Below, in pieces: positions 27,445-42,200 of a stretch of 64,000 bases of DNA. The stretch is from Dimorphilus gyrociliatus. Its lineage: Eukaryota > Animalia > Annelida. The notes under the pieces were generated by a model that ran no database searches, was not told the DNA's origin, and saw only the letters and a list, made by a program, of their open reading frames with translations. Each line of letters starts with the position of its first letter. Position 1 is the first letter of the stretch. Position numbers and translations under genes: made by a program. The stretch is taken from positions 2,846,165 to 2,910,164 of the forward strand of contig CAJFCJ010000005.1 of the NCBI GenBank assembly GCA_904063045.1. Direction: 5' to 3'.

Positions 27445-27739
27445 AATGACAATAGTTAGTCAGAACCCTAGATAATTTATTTAGTGTAATTAGCTAAACA
27501 GAATATTATATATATATATACTGTAAATGTATTATTCCAACTTTCTTTTGTCTTAGATTTAAAATATTGCATTTAACAAGTAAAGACTTTTATCTATGTA
27601 ACTTTTATTTAAAAAAAAGTAGAGTAGACATATTTTAAATGATTTATTTACACCAAACAACTTTTAAATTCATCAAAGAACTTTTTACGTACATAATAAG
27701 GTAACATAATGTATCCTTTTCTTTTGTGCTAAAATCTAT

Positions 27740-30174
<2,435 letters not shown>

Positions 30175-30984
30175 AATGTTCCTTTAGAAGTTGACTGAAA
30201 GAGAAAATGCCGGCTTAAGGGTGTAGTTATTATGAAACTTTCTGGGGAGATAATTTTATGGTGATAATACGCTTTAAGCACTGATGAACGATTTTCACCC
30301 AGAAGTAATTTCCCAAATATACTTACATTTATCAAATACGAATGAAGAATGTCGATAGCGGTGAGGTAAGCTGACAATATGGCTGAAGTGCAGAACAGGA
30401 TACCCTACTATTAAGTTTGACTGAACCTCACAAAATATTTATATTTCATGTCTAAAAGTAGTTTTCTAAAATATATTTTGTTCTTTGATCACTCTTTTAT
30501 AGTGTTTGCAGCGAAGAAATTAATCAACTGAAAACATTTAACTCTTTGAGTAAAAATATAATGGAACTAGTTTCTGTGCGTATTATTCTACCGCTTCCAC
30601 TAACCTAGGAAGCTTTAAAGCATTGTATAATCATACGCGAATATTTTTAAATGCTCATTGGTCAGTGAAAAATATCCTGATAAGTTTTAGCATTTAATTT
30701 ATTCGTTTAATTTATTCATAACCACCCATGAGTGATTTTTCTAAAAAAAACTATAATATTTAAAATTATATTGATGTCCCTGTAAATTAGTTAGAAAATA
30801 TGGTGCTGTGACATGTAAATGAATGCAATAACTTTTACACATTCTAATATGAAACTTGAAATTTAATTTAAAAAATTGTATAGCTAAGGAATAATATTAA
30901 TTGAAGCGTATTTAACATATTATTTTGTAGTGAAATGGCAACTTTTTCAGCTTTGCTCAATTCGAGAATATTTTTCCAAGTTTT

Positions 30985-31000
30985 TGAATTTGGCGCGAAA
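30985..31000. promoter_or_regulatory. CHR-like TTTGAA next to an E2F site TTTGGCGCGAAA upstream of RNASEH2C
   Basis: tttttgaatttggcgcgaaa about 55 nt before the RNASEH2C ATG. Confidence 0.55.
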
Positions 31001-31053
31001 ACGATATTACAGTTGGTTTGAGGACTTGTATTTCAAAATAATAGAAGTTATTA

Positions 31054-31660
31054 ATGGCTATTTCAATTAAAAAAACTAATATGATTACCACTGACACGAG
31101 GCATGTCCAGTTGCTTCCGTGTAAAATAGATATGAATGGTAAAGCTAAAGTTAAAGAGCTTTTTGAATCGACTGTTAATACCCATATGTCCGAATGCGTT
31201 CGCCAACCCAGCAGTGAATTCTGTGCACCAAAGACTAGAGATGGACTTTTCTCTGCAACAATGAGGGGTAGACGTTTGATCGGGGAAGATGTTAAATTAC
31301 CAGAATGCTATACAGGTTAGTAGAACGCGAAAAGAATCGCTGTGTATAAAATAATGATAATTCAATATTTTTTAATCATAATAACTTTGTCAGGTTTCAT
31401 TCTAAAAGATGAAAAGAAAAGATTGACAGACGATGATGAGAGATGTTTTGAAGTGTGCGGTAAATTTAATAGTCTTAGGCAATGGAATCTAGATCAAATT
31501 CCTAACGAAAGAGATAAAATTCAAAAGGCCTTCGATTGGTTAGATATTTCTAAGATTGTAAGTACTAATCTCTTCAAATATCTGTAAGTTTCAATTATAC
31601 ACAATCCCTTTATATTTTTCATTTCAGATGCATACAGATGATGTAGAACAGTCGGAGTGA
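31054..31660 (+). CDS. RNASEH2C: Ribonuclease H2 subunit C (3 exons)
   Basis: VQLLPCKIDMNGKAKV...ATMRGRRLIGEDVKLPECYTG|FIL...QWNLDQIP...DWL matches the RNase H2C pattern. Confidence 0.9.
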
Positions 31661-31931
31661 TTCATTTTAAATATTTTCTATATACTTGAAACTGTACTGT
31701 AAATATGCAGTATATTGTATACTAGGAACTTATTTTAATTACTGATAATATTATGTATCAATTATCATGTCAATTAAGACAAGCTAAAGTTTCTTATAGC
31801 ATGCTTTTAAAATTAGGACTATATGTCTTGTAAAGAAAACAACATAAAATCAAAATTCTTACGTCTCATAATTTATTTAGATTTTCAGAGAAATATAAGT
31901 TTAAAAGTATATAATTCTTAAAGTAATAAAC

Positions 31932-34043
31932 TTAGTTAGGCTTATGTAGCATGTTTAGTAAAGCTTCCATATCCATTTCGGAATTTGCAGCTGAAAGGAC
32001 TAGCTTACTATTGACAATTGGATTAGTCTGAAAAAAAAAACATTTTTTTATTATTTAAATTCAAATAGAAAAATAAATTAAATGATTACCGAATCGGAAG
32101 TTGAAGCACCGTTAGGAATATTTTCATTAATTGATGTTTCTTTCGATTCCTGTGAAGCTTTTTCATTGGATGAAATTTGAACAGTCTTTACCCTCCTGGG
32201 TTTTTTCTCAGCTACTAATAATGATGGAGCAGGACAAGAATTAGAAGGTTGTATAGATGGACTACTATCAAGTCTTTTTTGGATAATAATCCGATTTTGC
32301 GGAATTATTATATTATCTGAGCATTTTTCAGCTGCTTTCAATATTAATCTATTTTTTTTCGGTTCGTTGACATTTAAGCCGCAGCTACCATTTTTTCGCT
32401 TCTTCTTCCTCCATGGTATCGGTATGGAAGGTCCAACTCCAACAGGACCTATCACATATTAAATTAGTTAGAAATAAACAACAAAATTAGAGAAAAATTA
32501 CTTAAGAATTCTCTTGGTTGTGGTAGAATAAGTCGTTTATGAGCAAAGTTATCAGCTTGTTTTAATTTTTGATTAAATGCTGTTTCTTTATATTCAACTT
32601 TACAAATTGAAGAAGAGAAATGTTAATAAGGACGTAATATTGATAATGAATGATTTACTAACGATTGTCGTTTACGGGTTTAGGTGTAATTCGTTTCTGT
32701 GGAGCTTTACCAGTTTGATTGTTGATATCATGATTAGTAGAATGTTTATCCTCGGCTATATTACAATAAATTGTTGATAGTCTATTTTATCAAAATATGA
32801 AAAAGAAAAATATTTACTAATTTGAACAACGCATCCATCGCTGGTCTCCTCTATTTTAGTAATTGTAGTCATGTTTTTTATTGGTTCCGCTGAAATATTA
32901 ACATACATACAGTACTACCGTAAAATATTTTGATTTATTCTAAAAACCGTACCATCAAATAGAATTCCATCTATCATAGATTGTGTCTCCGGGGTTATGA
33001 TATCATTTGTCACGGACTATAAAAATTAAGACATATATTTTCATTGAACTGAAAGTATTATTTATAGATATTATAAGAACTTACATTTAGACATTCTAAT
33101 AAGCTGCTATCAATACTTAGATCAGGTTCATGAATAGAAGTATTTTGATTAAATCCTATAGTACCAGAAGGAACTAATGTATTACTAGAAACTTCAATAT
33201 CCTGCTGTTTAACATTATTAATCTTTCTAGCTATTCTAGCTGGTAAGTCACTTTTTTCCATGGTTTCTACTAATTTTTCTATTTTCTGAAGTTATTAAAA
33301 ACAGATAGTTGTTACATTCGATAGTATACACATGTATTGTAAGAAAATAAATAAAACTCTTACTTCTTTTTCGGTGGCTCTATTATCATCGACTCTTTTC
33401 TTTGTTGGTTGGCTCTTCTTTCGACGCAAACTGGCTGACCTTGATGTATCTAGTATATCAGAACTAATACTATTACTTTCTTCAGTTGATATACTATGAT
33501 CGAAAGGCGTAGTCATTTCACTGTTATTTAGACTGTTAACTATTTGATAATTGTTCTTATCAAACTTTTCAATAATTTCTTTTATAGGGCTGCAGCCCCT
33601 TTCTGACTTTTGTTTATCATTATTTTGTGCTCTTTCGCAACTTGAACATTTAGACCTAGTAGAGTCTATTTGACCTTTTGAACCTTTTTGTCGTTCTCGA
33701 GCTAGGAACAGATATTGTAGATAAGAGTTTTAGAAAATTATCAGTAAGCATATTTCTACCTCTTCGACCATAATCGGCTAAAATATCGGAAAGCCTTGTT
33801 CCATCATGTAAACTTGTGTACGAATCTACATCGTAGCCCTGATCAACTAGAGTTTTTAAATGAGCACATTCGTCTATAAACGCATTGTAAGTTCTTTTAT
33901 ATTTCTCTTCTCTTAAAAAACCTGAGTATGGACAATTAATAGTTTTACGAATTAATGGATAAACACGAAAATCAAACAAAAATCTCACCCAAGATTAAAA
34001 AAGAGACTTGACTCGGTAAAAATGGAAAATAAGAATTAGTCAT
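31932..34043 (-). CDS. NPAT: Compact NPAT/Mxc-like histone-locus-body scaffold protein
   Basis: Exon 1 (34043-33989) plus exon 2 give FLPSQVSFLILGFLREEKYKRTYNAFIDE (LisH-like, cf. NPAT LLPSDVARLVLGYL); late RKKKRK motif; C-terminal helix MDMEALLNMLHKPN* (cf. NPAT MDVDKFLLSLHYDE). Confidence 0.7.
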
Positions 34044-34511
34044 CCTTATTTTATATTAATTCCAAGCGAAAACAAAGGTTTAAACCCATATAATACATTT
34101 TATTTTCATATAGTGATTGTAAGATTTTGTATAATTTTGTGGCAGACGAAAAATAATATAGACCAATGATAATCTCAGTCGCTAATTTAATATTTATATG
34201 TAGTTTATTATACGAATTTGAAATATGCACATGAATAAGAATTTAATATAGTGATAAAAATATAATATTACAATATACGAAATAGTTTTTAACTACAAAT
34301 GAGCGATAAAACAGTATAATTATGATTTTCAAATAATCCAAAGGTAGCTATGTTGAGAATGATAAATAAAAAAGTTTTCAATACAATCTACTGAATTAAA
34401 TAAAAATATTACTTTATTACTAAAATTATTTGTTAATAGTCTATTGGGATTTCATTTAGTTTTTTTTTTTCGTGTCATCCCGCCATTTTCTGATCATCTA
34501 CTTTTTAAGTA

Positions 34512-37500
34512 ATGGATGGGAAGCGACGAGTTACAAGCTCTAACAAAGGCCCAACACCAAAAAAGCCAAAGTAAACTTTTAACTTATTAGCTAAAAAAAT
34601 AAAGATATTGTGAAATATACTAATGTTTCTTGACAATATTTTAGATTGTCAAAACTTGGTAGTAGTCAAAAAGCTGATATGGAGGAAGATGTTATTCCGT
34701 CTTCTTTTGAATCAGAGTTGGCTCGTCTCGAGGAAGAGATAAATGCAGAGGAGAACTTAGGTATTATATATACTTATTAAAACATTTCTTACATCTCCAC
34801 TAAATTTCAGGGGAAGGGCCGGCAATGACTCAAACCTCAGGAAAATGGACAAGACCCCTTCCTCAAAAGTTAGATCCTAATTATGATGATATTAACTTCC
34901 AACAAATAGATGTTGATCACTATATTGGTAACAAAGATAAACGCATACATAGATAAAAACTTTACAAGTATTTTTCTTTCTAGGAGGCCACATGGAGGGA
35001 ATGCCTGGCAGTAAAATAGGACCAGTTCCTATTGTTAGAATATTTGGGATAACTGATGATGAGAACAGTGTTTGCATGCATGTACATGGATTTGCTCCGT
35101 ACTTTTTTGTACCAGCAATAGATAATTTTGATCCAATGCATTGCAATACTTTTAGAGTTAGTTAACTCTAAATAGCATTTTAATTATATAGTTTTACTAT
35201 TTGATTTATTTACAGCAAAGTCTGAATTCTGCTGTAATTCAAGATATGAGATCAAACAAGGATAATATTGAAAATGCTGTTCTAAATGTAGAAGTTTGTC
35301 AGAAAGAAAGTAAGAAAATTTAATAATCGTAGCTCTCGCCGTAATGATAACAATTGAACTTTTTTTTCAAAGATATCTACTATTTTCGTAGAAATCGAAA
35401 AAGTGCCTTTTTGAAAATCACAATGGCTTTGCCAAAACTTATCGCTCCGGCCAAAAGACTTTTAGAACAAGGTTTCTCATTTCCTGGTTATCGCAATCAC
35501 TGTTACAGTGCATACGAGTCAAATGTTGACTTTGAAATTCGGTGAGATAAGCTTTCTTGCAAATCCAAATATAGTTTTAAACCAAGTACTGTATTTAAGA
35601 TTTATGGTTGATGTTAACATTGTTGGCGCAAATTGGATAGAAGCTAAAGCTGGAACATACAAGCTCAGATCACCAAATAGTAGTTTTCCACCTAAATCTC
35701 GTTGTCAAATTGAACTAGATATATCTTGGGAAGATATTAATTCTCGCAACCCAGAAGGCGATTGGTCAAAACTTGCACCGCTTAGAATTCTAAGCTTTGA
35801 TATTGAATGTGCGGGAAGGAAAGGTATTTTTCCCGAACCTGATAAGGATCCTGTTATTCAAATTGCCTCTATGGTTATTAAACAAGGAAGCAAAGAACCA
35901 TTTGTTAGATGTATTTTTACGCTTAAAAAATGCGCTTCTATTATTGGAGCAGACGTTCGGTGTTTTGATAGTGAGGCTGAATTGCTACGAGTTTGTTTTT
36001 CTGTTGCCTTGTATCACACATTAATCTAATTAGTCATTTAATATTATTTCAAGAAATGGGCAGAATTTTTTCGTGAAATTGATGCAGATATTGTCACTGG
36101 ATACAACATACAAAATTTCGATTTCCCTTATTTGATAAATAGGGCATCACATCTAAAAGTCCCTTCATTTCCTTTCCTAGGTAGGATGAAGGACAACAGA
36201 ACGGTGATAAAAGATTCTCTTTTACAATCTAAGCAAATGGGTAAAAGAGAGAATAAGGTTATTAATATGGAAGGGAGAATTCACTTTGATCTCCTACAGG
36301 TAATAAGGCAACAATTTCTCATAATAGGATATATGTAAATTAATGTTCTTATTTGTTAAAGATTTTACTGAGAGATTATAAATTACGTTCTTATACGTTG
36401 AACGCCGTCTCTTTTCACTTCCTACAAGAACAAAAGGAAGATGTTCAGCATTCGATTATCACAGATCTTCAGGTAAAAAATATTTGATTTTTGATTTTGT
36501 TTTCTATATATAACTGTAAAACAAGAATAAAATAATCAGAATGGAAATGAACAAACCAGAAGACGGTTGGCAGTTTATTGTTTAAAAGATGCTTACCTAC
36601 CTCTAAGACTTTTGGATAAATTAATGTCAATTATTAATTATATTGAAATGGCAAGAGTAACCGGAGTTCCTGTGTCTTATTTGTTGAGTAGAGGTCAACA
36701 AATTAAAGTTGTTTCTCAGTTGTTGCGAAAGGTAAATATTTAGTGAATTTTCATGCTTCATTTATAAAATCAGTTTGCTAGGCGAAGGAAGAAAATCTCT
36801 TACTACCCGCTCATAGGGCCTCAGCGGGAGATGAGTATGAAGGAGCTACTGTTATTGAACCAAAAAGAGGTTACTACGATGTTCCCATAGCAACACTGGA
36901 TTTCTCATCTTTGTATCCGTCCATCATGATGGCCCATAATCTCTGTTATACAACGCTACTAAAGAATGATTCTATTGAAAACCACAAGTAATAAAAAGTT
37001 AAGAATAAATAAGTTAAAACACTTTTCAATATCCTTATTAGTATCCAACCTGACGAATATATTAAAACTCCTTGTGGGGAAAAATTTATAAAAAGCTCAG
37101 TCCGAAAAGGGTTATTACCACAAATTCTTGAGAGTTTACTTTCCGCAAGAAAGAAGTAAGACTAAATGATTAATTATAACATTAGTTATAAAAGAAAAAA
37201 ATCTAATTTCACATTTGTTTAGAGCAAAAAGAGATTTGAAAGAGGAAACAGATCCTTTTAAAAAGAAAGTGTTGGATGGTAGGCAATTAGCACTTAAGTT
37301 AAGTGCTAATTCTGTTTACGGCTTTACTGGCGCTCAAGTTGGTAAACTACCTTGCTTGGAAGTTTCGTCGGTAAGTAATTATATTTGACAAAATAAGTAG
37401 GTTTGTAAACTTCATTTATTTTTAGAGTGTAACAGCTTTTGGTAGACAAATGATCGAACAAACAAAAAAGCATGTTGAAGAAAAATACACTATTGCAAAT

Positions 37501-38962
37501 GGGTATCCTTTCGATGCTGAAGTTGTTTACGGTGATACGGATTCCGTAATGTGTAAATTTGGCGTTAATACAGTTGCCGAAGCAATGGAATTAGGTAAAG
37601 AGGCTGCAGCATATATTTCAGACAAATTTATTGATCCTATAAAATTGGAGTTTGAAAAAGTAATTGTTTAACAGATTTCAAATTTTTGTGACATCATTAA
37701 CTTTCATTTTCTAAATGTAGGTATATTTTCCGTATTTATTAATTAACAAGAAGAGATATGCTGGCCTATATTTTACAAAACCTGACAAGCATGATAAGAT
37801 GGATTGTAAGGGGATTGAAACCGTAAGGAGAGATAATGCTCCATTGGTAGCAAATCTTGTTAACTCATGTCTGCAGAAGATCTTAATTGATCGGTACTTG
37901 TACTCGATTAATATACTCTTTCTATATATTTCTATAATACTTGTATAATAATAATTTAGAGATCCGACGGGAGCAGTTGATTTTGCTAAGCAAAAGATTT
38001 CTGATCTTCTATGTAATAGAGTTGATATTTCATTATTAGTTATTACTAAGGAACTAACTAAAACGGATGACGAATATGCTGCTAAACAAGCTCACGTTGA
38101 ATTGGCTAACAAGTAATTGAAATTTAATATTATTCCTTATACATATGTAAATGAGTAATTAATTTTTGGTAGGATGAAGAAAAGAGATCCGGGAAGTGCT
38201 CCTCAACTTGGAGACAGAGTACCATATGTTGTAATTGCTGGAGCTAAAGGAGCAGCAGCGTATATGAAATCAGAAGTAACTTTTTCACTCTTTACTTCTG
38301 TTATCAAATATTATATTCTGCATTTTATTAGGATCCCATCTACGTTCTGGAGCATAACATACCAATAGATACCCAATATTACTTGGAAAATCAACTTGCA
38401 AAGCCACTTCTAAGAATCTTTGAACCTATATTAGGAGGGGATAAAAAAGCTGAAAGCGAATTACTTCGTAAGCATTTTAAACATCACTTGAACGTAGGAT
38501 AATCATAATGGAAAATTTCTTTTTGAAATAAAGATGGGGATCATACGAGAACCAAAACAGTCGTTACTTCAAAAGTTGGAGGATTAGCAGCCTTCACCAA
38601 AAAGAAGAGTACATGTATTGGATGTAAAACCCCCTTAATGAAAGATAATCAGGCTCTGTGTAAACATTGCGCTGTAGATTCATCAGCAATTTACCAAAAA
38701 GAAATCTCTAATCTACAACATTTAGAAGAAAAATTTGCCAAATTGTGGACCCAATGTCAAAGATGTCAAGGTTCATTGCATGAAGATGTTCTTTGTACTA
38801 GGTTTGTAATTAATGTAATATTTTAATTTTAGTGTAGTAATAAAATCTTTTTATTTTTATTATAGCCGTGATTGCCCTATTTTCTATATGAGAAAAAAAG
38901 TACAGAAAGATCTCTCTGATCAAGATAAAACTATAGAGAGATTTGAAAGTTTAAACTGGTGA
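34512..38962 (+). CDS. POLD1: DNA polymerase delta catalytic subunit
   Basis: MDGKRR start; SFDIEC exonuclease motif; LDFSSLYPS; KLSANSVYG; YGDTDS; C-terminal Cys clusters. Confidence 0.98.
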
Positions 38963-39239
38963 GTTCTGACTATCTTATATGTATAAATAGATAATCTGCA
39001 AAAACCAATTTTGCTTTTCCTTTTATCATGGTTATATTTCCAAAGCATTTTTTTTTTAAATAAATAAAATAAACTACATCCCATATTTTGATTTCTCACA
39101 TTAATTTTTTAAGAATACTAATGAAATATATTATTTAATTTGTTATACATACAAATTATAATATAAAATATGTTCCCGTATTCTTTTCCTTTTTTTTTCC
39201 TTGTAATATTAACCGCGGCAAAAACTCTTGTTTTGTTAA

Positions 39240-39249
39240 GCGCATGCGC
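39240..39249. promoter_or_regulatory. NRF1/Ewg-type palindrome GCGCATGCGC at the SMYD/FANCA 5' end
   Basis: Exact sequence 6 nt upstream of ATG 39256; an E2F-like ccgcggcaaaa lies at about 39213. Confidence 0.5.
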
Positions 39250-39255
39250 TAAGGA

Positions 39256-42200
39256 ATGTCTAACTTACAGCAAAATCTTGTTCAAAATCATCTTAATATT
39301 GTAAGTGAGCATTTGGTAGGCTATTCGTTTTTCCAGAAATTTTGTGAACTGGACAGTTTCTTTGAAAAAGCAAAACTTGTTAGAGAACTTGAGTAAGTAA
39401 TTTTAGTTTTATTCCCAGTAAAGTTTTTGGTATTGTATTATCGCTCAGGTAGACGAGCTAACCGGTAGATAATCTTGAATGATGTCTCAGTTTCCTCGAA
39501 CAAAAAAACGTAAGATTGAAAGTATTCAGAGCCAAGCATTAGCCATAATTACTGGTGATTATATGGAATGTATGCAGCATTCTTGGAAAAATTCGCCTTC
39601 AAAGAACCAAGTGAAAAAGGAGCTCTTAGAGATCATAAAAGCAACAGATCCAAATGATTATCTCATATATCCAGACAAAGTAAACTTAAATGTCTCTTCT
39701 GCTTTCGAATTTTATTATCAAGCGTTTAGTGCAAGATTAAAGAAGATACAAGTTCCAAATGAAAGATACTTCAATGATGTGCTCTTTGACTTTTTCCAGG
39801 ATTCTTTAACAACTGTAGAAGAATTTAATGACAATATTGTAAAATTGGCTTATTTAATATGCTCGATTAAATCAATTGAGAAAGTTTTACAAGAACGGGG
39901 CAAAAATCTTAGCCAAAGCTTCTTTGATGAAGTAATAGAACATCATAATTCCTTAGAAGTCCTCTTAGCCATCACCATGTCTCGCAACTATGTTGAATAT
40001 GTTGTAAAACACTATAATAACATTTTACTGAAGGAGATTATACTAAAATGTAAAACTGGAGAAGAAAATTCGCAATTAATTAATAAAACTGTAAGGGAAC
40101 TGCTAAAATCAGAAAGTAATTCTGTCAAAGATTTTCTTAATGTGTTCATTAAGTCTTATGTAGAAAATTTGGACGATATCCAAATAAGGGCTGATAAGTT
40201 TTTTGAAAATGTTGATGCAAAAGATATGAGAACATTGATGAAAGGCTTTGTAACTAATTCTTTTACTTTTGGGGAGACCGTACATATAAATGAAGCTATT
40301 AGGCGTCAAAGTTCGTGGACAAGCGATACTTTAACAGGACAAAGGCCCTTATGGACAAGTGTTTGTAAATTTCTTAATTTTGAACATATTTTAAGTTGTA
40401 TAGAAAATGCTGCGAAATGTTCATCGGATTTGAATTGGAGACGAATATTATACTTCTTTGAACTCGACAATTTTGTTCATGAATATGATGTTGAAAGTAT
40501 TACTAAGAGATTTTATAGATTTATCGACAATCTCATTATTAATTCGTTTAAAGACAAAGATGTCATGAGAAAAAATCAAAATATAGGATTAAAAATAGCT
40601 CTTTTCCTTGTTCGCCACGTTTCCTGTTTAGAATTGGATGGTATACATTTATATAGTTCCTGGTTTGAAAATACCTTTGGGAACAACGGAAAAATTTTGA
40701 AAAACAACTCAACTCTTCAGTGCTTCGCGAAGACATTAATCGATTTGATACCATTTGAGGATCCTTTCTACCTTAAAATTCACATCATTAAAAAACCCAC
40801 ACGAGCAGGTGATCTGTATCAAGAATATAAAGAATGTGCTCATGCTCGATTGAATGACATAAATGAACCAATACCTAAAACTGGCGTTATCCTTGTCCAG
40901 CCCGGAGTGAAGAATAAGACAAGCGAAAAAGCAAAACTTCTTTTAGAAAATGCCCTAGAATATTTTAAAACATCTGGAAAGATAAGTGATCAAGTTATGC
41001 AAGCAAGCGTATTTTCAGCACCCTTTTATGCTAATGAATTTGTTACCGCACTCTTAGAACCTGGAGCCTTGTCGGAGAAAAAACTAAGAGGCGAATTTAT
41101 TCAAAAGCTTCATAAAGCAGGAAAACTTGAGGCACACTTTGTCGAAAAATATGAAAGAGCTTGTGAAGAAAAGGAAAAGAATAAGATTATAGATATTGTG
41201 AAAAGTGAAGGCGATGTTTTAAATGAGAAGTTAAATAAAATTGAAAGTCAACTTGTGGAATCATCAAGACTGGGTATAGAAGAAATGACAACTTCTTTCC
41301 GACTCTATGTCCAATATTTAAAATTATTAATTGAAAATAAGGAAGAGAAACGTCATTTCCTTCTGTTTGAAAGATTTGTCGAATGTATCTCTAAATTGGA
41401 AACTGATCCGTATGACATGATTTGCAATCTCTTTATGGCCAAAACTGTCTATAAAGCTACTGTAAAAGCTTTTATGAATTGGATAATAAAGATTATCAGC
41501 AAAAGTGAAAGCGATTATGACTCATCTATAAGAAAGACTATTGGGATATTTGTAAATATTATTCTCTCTCAACCAGAAATCTCAAGCGAAGAATTTTATA
41601 ACGCCTTTCTAAACCCTATTACATCCATTGACCGCTGTTTCTTTCTTCTTGACATCTTAAATAGTTGCTTTCAAATATCTATAGATAACGTTGGAAATTT
41701 ACCGTTATTATTTTATTGGTTTTGTCTAAGACTTAAAAGAAGTCATCAGAATCTCTTATCAAAATATAAAACTGTCCGGAAATCCATAAAACTACAAATG
41801 GACGTTCAACAATGGATAGATTTTGAATTTTTAATAGATAAAGAAATATTAACAGATGAAGATGTTTCGTTATTTCTCAATTTAATTCTTCCATCTTATG
41901 GAAGTATTGATAAAGTATTTGAAAAAGTTTTTCGTGCAGTAGTCTGTAAAAAAAGAAGACCGAAACAACATATTATAGTTATGCTACAAAATATCTTTTT
42001 AAGACTTCAAATGGATAAATTAAAAGATTTAGGAACGACTAATTTGCCTTTTTTTATTGATTTTTTTGATAAAACTTTAAAAAATGTACACTCAGCAACT
42101 GTTACTGAAGAAGAGATTTTTATCATTATTTTGGACTTGTTACTGAAAATTCTTTCACCCGAATGGTTCAACAATTCAAGAATAAAAGGTGTTCAAATCC

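Noticed and set aside
27710-27720. GTATCCTTT, a U12-type donor-like string
   Set aside because: Lies in the convergent 3' UTR region of TPH and DDX39B, not at an exon boundary; no U12 branch site and acceptor found.
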